NCBI GenBank assembly: GCA_918797485.1
Contig: CAKKNE010000002.1
Coordinates: 5,704,001 to 5,768,000 of the forward strand
Direction of reading: 5' to 3'
Source of the DNA: Pelagomonas calceolata
Taxonomy: Eukaryota
DNA length: 64,000 nucleotides
The notes below the pieces were generated by a model that worked only from the letters and a program-made list of their open reading frames with translations, did not search any database and had not been told where the DNA came from. Numbering within the stretch: position 1 is the stretch's first letter; every line of letters begins with the position of its first letter. The position numbers and the translations under genes are program-made. Shown here one piece after another: positions 10,376-21,400 of the stretch.

Positions 10376-13300
10376 CTAGGTACTTACGGGCGCCGGCGGC
10401 AGCGACCCATCGCCCGAGGGCATAAAATAGCCCGCCGCCTCGAGCGTCGACGCGTAGTGGTCCACGAGCCTCTGTAATTCTTGCGCCCGGGCATGCTGCC
10501 TAGCAACGACGGCCGGGTCCGGCCCCTTGTTGTCCCGCGCTCGTTCTTTCAATTGCATTTCCATCCTGTCCACTTGACTCCGCAACCTTCGATTACTCTC
10601 ACGCTGCCGCGTGATCTCTCTTATGAGAGCCATGTTGTTGGTCATCTGGCGCATGTTTTCCGCGGCCCTTTCATCCGCATCTCTCCGATAGTTCTCCTGC
10701 AGATCACTCAACATCCGTTTGAGATTGTCCTCGAGCCGCGCGAACTCCTCCTTGACACCTTTATCGACGCCCTCCCCACTATCGGCTTCGACGTACTGCG
10801 CGTGCTTCGCATATAACTCCTCCACACCTTTTTTGAGTTTCTCGGGGTCCTGGATGTCGTCCGCGCAGCAATGGAGTTCGGCCTTGAACCTTCTAATCAA
10901 AGATTGTTGATCCCCAATGACTCTCCTACCTTTCAAGATGCTTTTCTGGGTCGAATCGATCTTCGTCCGCAGTGTCCCAATCATGTTATCTAACTGGGCA
11001 TTCGACGCGTGATACTTTTCCAGTTCCCCATCCATATCTTTCACTTTACCCTTCATGGTAGAAATCTCCGCTTCCCGCGGCTCGATCTGCCTTTTGAGCT
11101 CTTTTATTTTATAATCCAAGACAAACTTAAATTTCTCCAATTCTTGGTTCTTCTTTTTCAGTTCATAAATCTTCTTCTCCCGGACGCCTATTTGATCATC
11201 TCGACTCTTAATAACTTCCTTCTCCTCGGCGATCTCCTTCTCGAGGGCCCGCATCGTCGCCTTCAGGTCCTCGGCCGTCTCGACCCTTTGTTTAATCTCC
11301 TCGGCGTGTTCCTCGAGCTGCTGGTTGATGACCGTGAACTTCTTCTTCATGATGCCGTTCTCTCCTTTGTAGCGTAGAGAGGCTTCTCTTTCGTCCGCGA
11401 GCTTCGCGTCGTACTTGCCTCTCAAGTTTTGAATCTCGACGTCGATGTCGTCGTCTAATTGAGATCTAGCTTCTAAGTGCTCCTTCCTTAAAGTCTCCCT
11501 TTGAGCTTCCAAATTCGCCCGCCTATTCTTATCCTCGGTCAACTTGCGTTCAAAGTCCTGCTGCAGCTCCGAAACATACGCCATATGATTTTCTTGTAAG
11601 GTACTCCGACGCTCGTCCCAGCGCTTTCTCGACATTTCCCGCTCTTTCTCGAGCTGGCCGTACCTCTCCACTTCGAGCATGATCTTTTGTTGGTAGGCAT
11701 TTTCTAGTTCTTGGAGAGCATGTCTATGGGTATCCTCCATGCGCCCGATGCGCTGCTCGCACTCGTCCGCGACCTCCTCTTTTTCTTCCCCGAGCAGTTG
11801 GTAACGCATGCGTTCCGCCTCGCGGTCTTGCTGGTACTTCTCGCCCACCTCCTTGAGCTTCTCGGACGAGGACATGTCCTTGAGTCTGAGTTGATACTCG
11901 TTGTGGAGCTGTAATTCTTCTAACTTGGACCGTTTCTCCTGGATGGCGAAGCGTCGCTCCTCCAGATCGGTTTTGGTCGCCATGACCTCGGAAGCGTATT
12001 TCAAGCCGCCAATCGCCTTGTCTTGTAATCCAGTCCTCTCGGCCTTTTCTACTTCGGCTTTCACGTCAAACACCAAGATGGAACCGTCTGAACCAGAACA
12101 GGCGAGCACACGGCCGTCCCTCGTACTTCTCAGACGAGTCATCTCCGCACCGACGGCGGCGTACTCCAGAAAGTCACCGGTCAAAGGGTGCGCGTACGCT
12201 CGCAAACTCCCGGGCTTGCCCTGATTACACGTACCCGCGTAGATCGTATCGTCTTTCAGTACTAAATGACCTAACAATGAGCCTTGCCCGTCCAATTGTT
12301 TCGTGGGCGTGATGTCCGGCCGCGCGAACTCCTTCAGTATGTTATCCGACCCCACAGAAAAGATCGCATCCTTGGCTACCACAACATCTAAGTACGCCGA
12401 TCCCTTCTGGACGAACTCCCCGAGCCTCTTCCCGTCGGCCCACTCCCAGACATATATGGCGCCGTCGGCGCCTCCGGTGGCTAATGTAGAGTCGCCGTCG
12501 CCGAACCTCAGACTCTTGACCTTCGAGCTATGGCCTCGCAAATCAGCTAACTTCGACCCATCATAGAAATCATAGACCGAAACGGCGGTACCGTTCGCCG
12601 CCGCGAAAAATTGCCCGCCCTCCGAGAAGCGCACCTCCCTGCATTGCTTGACGTTTATTTCTCTGTAGACCCTCAGATCGTCGACCAACAAATGGGCCAA
12701 CCTTATCTTGTCGTTAAATCCAATGGCGCAATGCAGACCGGACGGGTGGAAGGCGATGGACAGCGGGTCCTCGGCGAAGGCTTTGACGAGTTCCGCCTCT
12801 CTTGTGACATAATTCCACGTTCGTACAGTTTTGTCTTCGCCGCACGTTATGATTAATGGTTTTCTAGCGCAGACATCTAGACCCGTAACGGCTCCTCGGA
12901 AATGGGAAGGCATGACCAAGTCCGGCTCCTTGCGTTTGCCGCCGCCGGCGTCTTCTAGTGATATAATAGAGCACTGCCGATCACTCGTGACGCAGGCGCA
13001 CTCGAGCTCGTCCGGTCTATTCGTGAGGGAGATGACGGGCGACGTCGAGATGGAAACCACAAAGTTCGGGGCGAATAACGTACAAAGGTCGTCCGACGCA
13101 CCGGGGCCGAACGCGTGCACGCTGCCCAACTGGGAGCCGCAGACCAGCCCGCGCGCGAGCGGCGCCACGCTCGCCACGCCGCCCTCGACCTCAATGTCGA
13201 GTTTACACGCGTACTGGCAGGCCTCGTAGATGAGTAGCGCACCCGTGGACGTGCCGGCGACGACGCGATGCTCGGAGTGCGTCAGCCAGCAGTGGCACCG

Positions 13301-13915
13301 TAGTTCTCCTTCTATGACTTCGGTGCAGGGCGGCAACGGTCTTAATTCCTCAGCGGCGCCCTCGCTCGGCGCCCCCGCGCGGCAGAATCGCAGACCGTCG
13401 CCCGCCAAGCAGGAGACGACCCGGTCTAGTGGCGAGTGCCTCAAATCAACATACGTAGACGCGTTCGGCTCCACCAACGACGTAGTGGCGAGGACCTTAC
13501 CTGAGGAACAGGACCACGACGCGAGCACCAGCGCCTTCGAACCGAGCGCCAGCACATTGTCATCATCTAAACCAAAACATAAAGCTTCGTAGGCCGAGCA
13601 GGCGACGTCGGGTCTTTCTAGAGTTTTCTTCCTTCGTAGAGTCGCAACATCATAAACTTTGACTGTCGCGCGGTCCGCGGCCTCGGCGACCGCAACACTC
13701 AGCCGCGACGGCGACAGGGCTATCGACGTGAAGCCCCCGCCGCCGTCGGCCGACCCGGCCACGAACCTCTGGGAGTTCTTGTCCCACTGGCTTCGCGCGC
13801 CGTAGAGGACGACGGCGTGGCCCGCCGTGTATATCAATGTTTCGTTGTCCGTCCAGCCGGCGCAGCCTCCTATATTTGTGTTCAGGCCCCAGGCGTGGCG
13901 GTGGGCGAGCGCCAT
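10376..13915 (-). CDS. CFAP57: Cilia- and flagella-associated protein 57 (WD40 repeats plus coiled coil)
   Basis: 1179 aa; VTGLDVCARKPLIITCGEDKTVRTWNY, IAFHPSGLH, EYQLRLKDM, YKGENGIMKKKF, REKKIYELKKKNQELEKFKFVLDYKIKELKRQIEPRE. Confidence 0.92.
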   Translation of the reverse strand: MALAHRHAWGLNTNIGGCAGWTDNETLIYTAGHAVVLYGARSQWDKNSQRFVAGSADGGGGFTSIALSPSRLSVAVAEAADRATVKVYDVATLRRKKTLERPDVACSAYEALCFGLDDDNVLALGSKALVLASWSCSSGKVLATTSLVEPNASTYVDLRHSPLDRVVSCLAGDGLRFCRAGAPSEGAAEELRPLPPCTEVIEGELRCHCWLTHSEHRVVAGTSTGALLIYEACQYACKLDIEVEGGVASVAPLARGLVCGSQLGSVHAFGPGASDDLCTLFAPNFVVSISTSPVISLTNRPDELECACVTSDRQCSIISLEDAGGGKRKEPDLVMPSHFRGAVTGLDVCARKPLIITCGEDKTVRTWNYVTREAELVKAFAEDPLSIAFHPSGLHCAIGFNDKIRLAHLLVDDLRVYREINVKQCREVRFSEGGQFFAAANGTAVSVYDFYDGSKLADLRGHSSKVKSLRFGDGDSTLATGGADGAIYVWEWADGKRLGEFVQKGSAYLDVVVAKDAIFSVGSDNILKEFARPDITPTKQLDGQGSLLGHLVLKDDTIYAGTCNQGKPGSLRAYAHPLTGDFLEYAAVGAEMTRLRSTRDGRVLACSGSDGSILVFDVKAEVEKAERTGLQDKAIGGLKYASEVMATKTDLEERRFAIQEKRSKLEELQLHNEYQLRLKDMSSSEKLKEVGEKYQQDREAERMRYQLLGEEKEEVADECEQRIGRMEDTHRHALQELENAYQQKIMLEVERYGQLEKEREMSRKRWDERRSTLQENHMAYVSELQQDFERKLTEDKNRRANLEAQRETLRKEHLEARSQLDDDIDVEIQNLRGKYDAKLADEREASLRYKGENGIMKKKFTVINQQLEEHAEEIKQRVETAEDLKATMRALEKEIAEEKEVIKSRDDQIGVREKKIYELKKKNQELEKFKFVLDYKIKELKRQIEPREAEISTMKGKVKDMDGELEKYHASNAQLDNMIGTLRTKIDSTQKSILKGRRVIGDQQSLIRRFKAELHCCADDIQDPEKLKKGVEELYAKHAQYVEADSGEGVDKGVKEEFARLEDNLKRMLSDLQENYRRDADERAAENMRQMTNNMALIREITRQRESNRRLRSQVDRMEMQLKERARDNKGPDPAVVARQHARAQELQRLVDHYASTLEAAGYFMPSGDGSLPPAPVST

Positions 13916-14710
13916 CCTCTATCGGTCGGCGGGGGGGCTGCCCCGGGCTCGGCGCCGGTGGTGGCTTTGGATCTAGCGCGGCGTGCGCGCGAGGCTGCCT
14001 TCCGCCGCGAGCGCTCTCGCGCAGAGTGCTTGCTCTTCGTCTGGGCCGTGGGCGCGCCTCGACGGCGTAAAAGTGCCGGGCGCTGGGCCGCCTAGCTCTA
14101 GTGCCGGGAGTTACAAGGCCCGTGCGGGTTGCGCCACCGCCGCCCGCGTGCGCCCTCCCGCACGTCGTGGGGCCGGGGCCGCGGCGCCTCCATCAAAAGT
14201 CCGAGGTCCCCGCGACGCCTCGCCCGAGAGCCTCCCCGACGCCCAACCGCCGGGGGACCGCGCGCGGGGGAGGGAACCCAAGCAAGCCTCAGCGACAAAA
14301 GACTTACACCCTACGTAGCGCCACGCGCGGACCTGCGCGCGTGTCGCAGCGATTTTGACCCGCGCCCCCTCGGTAATGGGGACGGCCCCGTTTTGGCGGC
14401 GCGCGCGGGTTGATTAGACGAGCGGTCGCTCTGGCAACCGTTTACATAAAAGTTGGACGTACGACCATATAAGGAGGTCGCCATCTGCTGGGGTTCAGTT
14501 GCGAAGTTGTATCAAGGAGGACGCGGCGCCGCGGACCTGCGCGCGACATATGTTATGGTGAACAACGGACGCCGCGGCTCCACGAACAAGACAAAGGTCG
14601 TCGGAGTTTAATTAAAAACTAAGGCATCACGGTGGATAGAGTCATGTAGTATACAAAATTTCGTCACGCGACAGATGAAAAAAAACGAAGACGCCGCTCC
14701 ACGAACCTCA

Positions 14711-15088
14711 CTAGCTCTCCTCGATGTCCCAGACCACCGCTCTTTCAGCTAACCCCGCTCTTTCTAACTCCAGCACGTCCCGGATGTCCATGCGCGCGGG
14801 ATGCTGCGGCGACGCCTCTCTGGCATCATCGACCTCGCCCAACAACACGATGGAGTCGCCCCGCACGACATACAGGCCCAGCGGCGCGTCGCCGTAGACG
14901 GCGTTCACGCCCTCCTTCGCCGGGATGACGACGCGCCGCTCGACCGCGTCCTCTAGAACAACATTCGAGAACTGGTCGAAGGACCGCATGACGCCCACGA
15001 GGTTGCGGCCGTCCCGCAGAATCACGAGGACGCGCTTGTCCAACTGGTCCACGAGCGACGCCGCCGCGGGCAGCACCAGGCCCGCCAT
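14711..15088 (-). CDS. LSM1: U6 snRNA-associated Sm-like protein LSm1
   Basis: ASLVDQLDKRVLVILRDGRNLVGVMRSFDQFSNVVLEDAVERR...GLYVVRGDSIVLLGEVD (Sm1 and Sm2 motifs). Confidence 0.92.
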   Translation of the reverse strand: MAGLVLPAAASLVDQLDKRVLVILRDGRNLVGVMRSFDQFSNVVLEDAVERRVVIPAKEGVNAVYGDAPLGLYVVRGDSIVLLGEVDDAREASPQHPARMDIRDVLELERAGLAERAVVWDIEES

Positions 15089-15471
15089 GCGCTCGCACCG
15101 CTGCTTCCGTGCACGGCTCGCGGTGCTGCGAGGCCAGCCGGCACAGCGGTATCTCTCAACACGATCCGACGCTGCGGAGCGCACGCAGGTGCGCCAAAAA
15201 ACGCGCCGCCGCCGCGCGAGGCAGCCAAAAAACCCGTTTAGTAGCTTTGCTTTTTTGGCGTGTTTTTGCTCCTATCCCTCGCGGGGGCGCCTCGGCCGCG
15301 CTCCAACCGCTCCCGAGCCCTCAAAACCAAATGCAACCAAATCGATTCCGTCCAAAACGCGCTGTCGGCACAGCGGTCCCAACACCGGTGCTCGTCATCG
15401 GCGGACTCCGAATCACGGTGCAAACCCTGAAATGCTGCCCCCGGGCAGGGATTCGACATGAGCGGCTGCCG

Positions 15472-18400
15472 ATGCTATTAATAAACCTGCTCGCGTGCTG
15501 CGCTGCGCGCGGCGCCGCGGCCGCCGCGGCCGGCGGCGCGCGCGAGCCGCCGATCGGGCGGCGCCTAGACGTTCCGGGCGTGCCGACTCCCTTGCCGACG
15601 ACGAACGCGACCGTAGCCGCAAATGCGACCAATTCTGTAAACGCGACGCCGACGGCCGCGCCGTCCCCTGCACCGACGCCGAACGCGACCGTAGCCGCAA
15701 ATGCGACCAATTCTGTAAACGCGACGCCGACGGCCGCGCCGTCCCCTGCACCGACGCCGAACGCGACCGTAGCCGCAAATGCGACCAATTCTGTAAACGC
15801 GACGCCGACGGCCGCGCCGTCCCCTGCACCGACGCCGAACGCGACCGTAGCCGCAAATGCGACCAATTCTGTAACGCGACGCCGACGGCCGCGCCGCGCC
15901 CCTGCACCGACGCCGAACGCGACCGTAGCCGCAAATGCGACCAATTCTGTAAACGCGACGCCCGACGGCCGCGCCGTCCCTGCACCGACGCCGAACGCGA
16001 CCGTAGCCGCAAATGCGACCAATTCTGTAACGCGACGCCGACGGCCGCGCCGTCCCTGCACCGACGCCGAACGCGACCGTAGCCGCAAATGCGACCAATT
16101 CTGTAAACGCGACGCCGACGGCCGCGCCGTCCCCTGCACCGACGCCGAACGCGACCGTAGCCGCAAATGCGACCAATTCTGTAAACGCGACGCCGACGGC
16201 CGCGCCGTCCCCTGCACCGACGCCGAACGCGACCGTAGCCGCAAATGCGACCAATTCTGTAAACGCGACGCCGACGGCCGCGCCGTCCCCTGCACCGACG
16301 CCGAACGCGACCGTAGCCGCAAATGCGACCAATTCTGTAAACGCGACGCCGACGGCCGCGCCGTCCCCTGCACCGACGCCGAACGCGACCGTAGCGCAAA
16401 TGCGACCAATTCTGTAACGCGACGCCGACGGCGCGCCGTCCCTGCACCGACGCCGAACGCGACCGTAGCCGCAAATGCGACCAATTCTGTAAACGCGACG
16501 CCGACGGCCGCGCCGTCCCCTGCACCGACGCCGAACGCGACCGTAGCCGCAAATGCGACCAATTCTGTAAACGCGACGCCGACGGCCGCGCCGTCCCCTG
16601 CACCGACGCCGAACGCGACCGTAGCCGCAAATGCGACCAATTCTGTAAACGCGACGCCGACGGCCGCGCCGTCTGCTGTACCGACGCCGGTGCCGACCCC
16701 TCCGCCCTCGCTCTCGCCGACGCTCACGTCGGCGCCGACGGCGCACGAGTACGAGGACAACCTCGTGGCCTACTACCCGATGACGCACGGCAAGCTGGAC
16801 GACGCCCACACGAAATTCCACGGCAAGGCATGGAGGCCCGAGCAACCTGACGTTCCCGATTCCATGATGGTTGCCGCGGATCTGCGGCAGACCGACGCGC
16901 GCGACGGTCCCCAGGGCGACGCGGTGGCGCTCAACAAGAGCTTTTACGAGTACATCGAGCTGCCCGACAACGTGACGAGGTCCATCTCCGGGGACCGGCC
17001 GAGGACGGTCTGTCTCTGGGCGCGGATCGACAAGTGGAAGAACGCCCGGATCTTCGAGTACGGCAGAAAGGCGCCCCAGGGAGAGCTGTTCGGCCTGCGC
17101 ACCTGGAACGTCCCGGGCGAGTTTGCGGTCGAAGCGCCATGGAACGTTCGGAACCATTGGGACAATCGAAACGTCAACCTGAGCACGAACGTCAGCATAA
17201 CGCAGGCGCCGACGCCATCGCCGACGACGCCTCAGCCGACGCTGGAACCAGGCATGAGCCGCCGACTTGACGCCACCGGCGAGACTACGGCGGCCCCCAC
17301 GCCGCAGAGCCCGTGGGTGGAAACGTGGCACCACTACTGCGTGACGTACGCCGCGGAGCCGCACCCGAAGGAGAAGGATCGGTACCTCCCAGGGAACGTG
17401 ACCCTCTACGTGGACGGCCGCAAGGAGGGGTTCTGGAAGAACGCGACCGTCAACACGAGCCTCGGCTCGCCGCTCTACATCGGCGCGGACATCCACGGCT
17501 CCAAAACGCTCGATGGGGCCGTGGACGAGGTGTACGTCTACGACAAGGCTCTGGAGGCCTGGCAGGTCGAGGTGCTCCACGGCATCCTCAGTCCGCCGCC
17601 GACGGCCGCGCCGTCTGCTGTACCGACGCCGGTGCCGACCCCTCCGCCCTCGCTCTCGCCGACGCTCACGTCGGCGCCGACGACGCACGAGTACGAGGAC
17701 AACCTCGTGGCCTACTACCCGATGACGCACGGCAAGCTGGACGACGCCCACACGAAATTCCACGGCAAGGCATGGAGGCCCGAGCAACCTGACGTTCCCG
17801 ATTCCATGATGGTTGCCGCGGATCTGCGGCAGACCGACGCGCGCGACGGTCCCCAGGGCGACGCGGTGGCGCTCAACAAGAGCTTTTACGAGTACATCGA
17901 GCTGCCCGACAACGTGACGAGGTCCATCTCCGGGGACCGGCCGAGGACGGTCTGTCTCTGGGCGCGGATCGACAAGTGGAAGAACGCCCGGATCTTCGAG
18001 TACGGCAGAAAGGCGCCCCAGGGAGAGCTGTTCGGCCTGCGCACCTGGAACGTCCCGGGCGAGTTTGCGGTCGAAGTGCCATGGAACGTTCGGAACCATT
18101 GGGACAATCGAAACGTCAACCTGAGCACGAACGTCAGCATAACGCAGGCGCCCGACGCCATCGCCGACGACGCTCAGCCGACGCTGGAACCAGGCATGAG
18201 CCGCCGACTTGACGCCACCGGCGAGACTACGGCGGCCCCCACGCCGCAGAGCCCGTGGGTGGAAACGTGGCACCACTACTGCGTGACGTACGCCGCGGAG
18301 CCGCACCCGAAGGAGAAGGATCGGTACCTCCCAGGGAACGTGACCCTCTACGTGGACGGCCGCAAGGAGGGGTTCTGGAAGAACGCGACCGTCAACACGA

Positions 18401-21400
18401 GCCTCGGCTCGCCGCTCTACATCGGCGCGGACATCCACGGCTCCAAAACGCTCGATGGGGCCGTGGGACGAGGTGTACGTCACGACAAGGCTCTGGAGCC
18501 TGGCAGGTCGAGGTGCTCCACGGCATCCTCAGTCCGCCGCCGACGGCGCGCCGTCTGCTGTACCGACGCCGGTGCCGACCCCTCCGCCCTCGCTCGCCGA
18601 CGCTCACGTCGGCGCCGACGACGACGCCAGTACGAGGACAACCTCGTGGCCTACTACCCGATGACGCACGGCAAGCTGGACGACGCCCACACGAAATTCC
18701 ACGGCAAGGCATGGAGGCCCGAGCAACCTGACGTTCCCGATTCCATGATGGTTGCCGCGGATCTGCGGCAGACCGACGCGCGCGACGGTCCCGAGGGCGC
18801 CGCGGTGGCGCTCAACAAGAGCTTTTACGAGTACATCGAGCTGCCCGACAACGTGACGAGGTCCATCTCCGGGGACCGGCCGAGGACGGTCTGTCTCTGG
18901 GCGCGGATCGACAAGTGGAAGAACGCCCGGATCTTCGAGTACGGCAGAAAGGCGCCCCAGGGAGAGCTGTTCGGCCTGCGCACCTGGAACGTCCCGGGCG
19001 AGTTTGCGGTCGAAGTGCCATGGAACGTTCGGAACCATTGGGACAATCGAAACGTCAACCTGAGCACGAACGTCAGCATAACGCAGGCGCCGACGCCATC
19101 GCCCCGCGCCTCAGCCGACGCTGGAACCAGGCATGAGCCGCCGACTTGACGCCACCGGCGAGACTACGGCGGCCCCCACGCCGCAGAGCCCGTGGGTGGA
19201 AACGTGGCACCACTACTGCGTGGACGACGCCGCGGAGCCGCACCCGAAGGGAGGAAGGATCGGTACCTCCCAGGGAACGTGACCCTACGTGGACGGCCGC
19301 AAGGAGGGGTTCTGGAAGAACGCGACCGTCAACACGAGCCTCGGCTCGCCGCTCTACATCGGCGCGGACATCCCGCCCAAAACGCTCGATGGGGCCGTGG
19401 ACGAGGTGTACGCGTCTACGACAAGGCTCTGGCGCCTGGCAGGTCGAGGTGCTCCACGGCATCCTCAGTCCGCCGCCGACGGCCGCGCCGTCTGCTGTAC
19501 CGACGCCGGTGCCGACCCCTCCGCCCTCGCTCTCGCCGACGCTCACGCCGGCGCCGACGACGCCGCCAGTACGAGGACAACCTCGTGGCCTACTACCCGA
19601 TGACGCACGGCAAGCTGGACGACGCCCACACGAAATTCCACGGCAAGGCATGGAGGCCCGAGCAACCTGGCGTTCCCGATTCCATGATGGTTGCCGCGGA
19701 TCTGCGGCAGACCGACGCGCGCGACGGTCCCCAGGGCGACGCGGTGGCGCTCAACAAGAGCTTTTACGAGTACATCGAGCTGCCCGACAACGTGACGAGG
19801 TCCATCTCCGGGGACCGGCCGAGGACGGTCTGTCTCTGGGCGCGGATCGACAAGTGGAAGAACGCCCGGATCTTCGAGTACGGCAGAAAGGCGCCCCAGG
19901 GAGAGCTGTTCGGCCTGCGCACCTGGAACGTCCCGGGCGAGTTTGCGGTCGAAGCGCCATGGAACGTTCGGAACCATTGGGACAATCGAAACGTCAACCT
20001 GAGCACGAACGTCAGCATAACGCAGGCGCCGACGCCATCGCCGACGACGCCTCAGCCGACGCTGGAACCAGGCATGAGCCGCCGACTTGACGCCACCGGC
20101 GAGACTACGGCGGCCCCCACGCCGCAGAGCCCGTGGGTGGAAACGTGGCACCACTACTGCGTGACGTACGCCGCGGAGCCGCACCCGAAGGAGAAGGATC
20201 GGTACCTCCCAGGGAACGTGACCCCCACGTGGACGGCCGCAAGGAGGGGTTCTGGAAGAACGCGACCGTCAACACGAGCCTCGGCTCGCCGCTCTACATC
20301 GGCGCGGACATCCCGCCCAAAACGCTCGATGGGGCCGTGGGACGAGGTGTACGTCTACGACAAGGCTCTGGAGGCCTGGCAGGTCGAGGTGCTCCACGGC
20401 ATCCTCAGTCCGCCGCCGACGGCCGCGCCGTCTGCTGTACCGACGCCGGTGCCGACCCCTCCGCCCTCGCGCTCGCCGACGCTCACGCCGGGCGCCGACG
20501 ACGCACGAGTACGAGGACAACCTCGTGGCCTACTACCCGATGACGCACGGCAAGCTGGACGACGCCCACACGAAATTCCACGGCAAGGCATGGAGGCCCG
20601 AGCAACCTGACGTTCCCGATTCCATGATGGTTGCCGCGGATCTGCGGCAGACCCGCGCGCGACGGTCCCGAGGGCGCCGCGGTGGCGCTCAACAAGAGCT
20701 TTACAGTACATCGAGCTGCCCGACAACGTGACGAGGTCCATCTCCGGGGACCGGCCGAGGACGGTCTGTCTCTGGGCGCGGATCGACAAGTGGAAGAACG
20801 CCCGGATCTTCGAGTACGGCAGAAAGGCGCCCCAGGGAGAGCTGTTCGGCCTGCGCACCTGGAACGTCCCGGGCGAGTTTGCGGTCGAAGTGCCATGGAA
20901 CGTTCGGAACCATTGGGACAATCGAAACGTCAACCTGAGCACGAACGTCAGCATAACGCAGGCGCCGACGCCATCGCCGACGACGCCTCAGCCGACGCTG
21001 GAACCAGGCATGAGCCGCCGACTTGACGCCACCGGCGAGACTACGGCGGCCCCCACGCCGCAGAGCCCGTGGGTGGAAACGTGGCACCACTACTGCGTGA
21101 CGTACGCCGCGGAGCCGCACCCGAAGGAGAAGGATCGGTACCTCCCAGGGAACGTGACCCTCTACGTGGACGGCCGCAAGGAGGGGTTCTGGAAGAACGC
21201 GACCGTCAACACGAGCCTCGGCTCGCCGCTCTACATCGGCGCGGACATCCACGGCTCCAAAACGCTCGATGGGGCCGTGGACGAGGTGTACGTCTACGAC
21301 AAGGCTCTGGAGGCCTGGCAGGTCGAGGTGCTCCACGGCATCCTCAGTCCGCCGCCGACGGCCGCGCCGTCTGCTGTACCGACGCCGGTGCCGACCCCTC

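Noticed and set aside
14310..14710. Short direct repeats (GCGGACCTGCGCGC twice; GACGCCGC..TCCACGAAC twice) between CFAP57 and LSM1
   Set aside because: Two copies each with no element structure; probably small local duplications.
15604..16672. 78-bp array as a possible CRISPR-like repeat
   Set aside because: No unique spacers, unit length is a multiple of 3, it lies inside a coding frame, and the context is eukaryotic with no cas genes.
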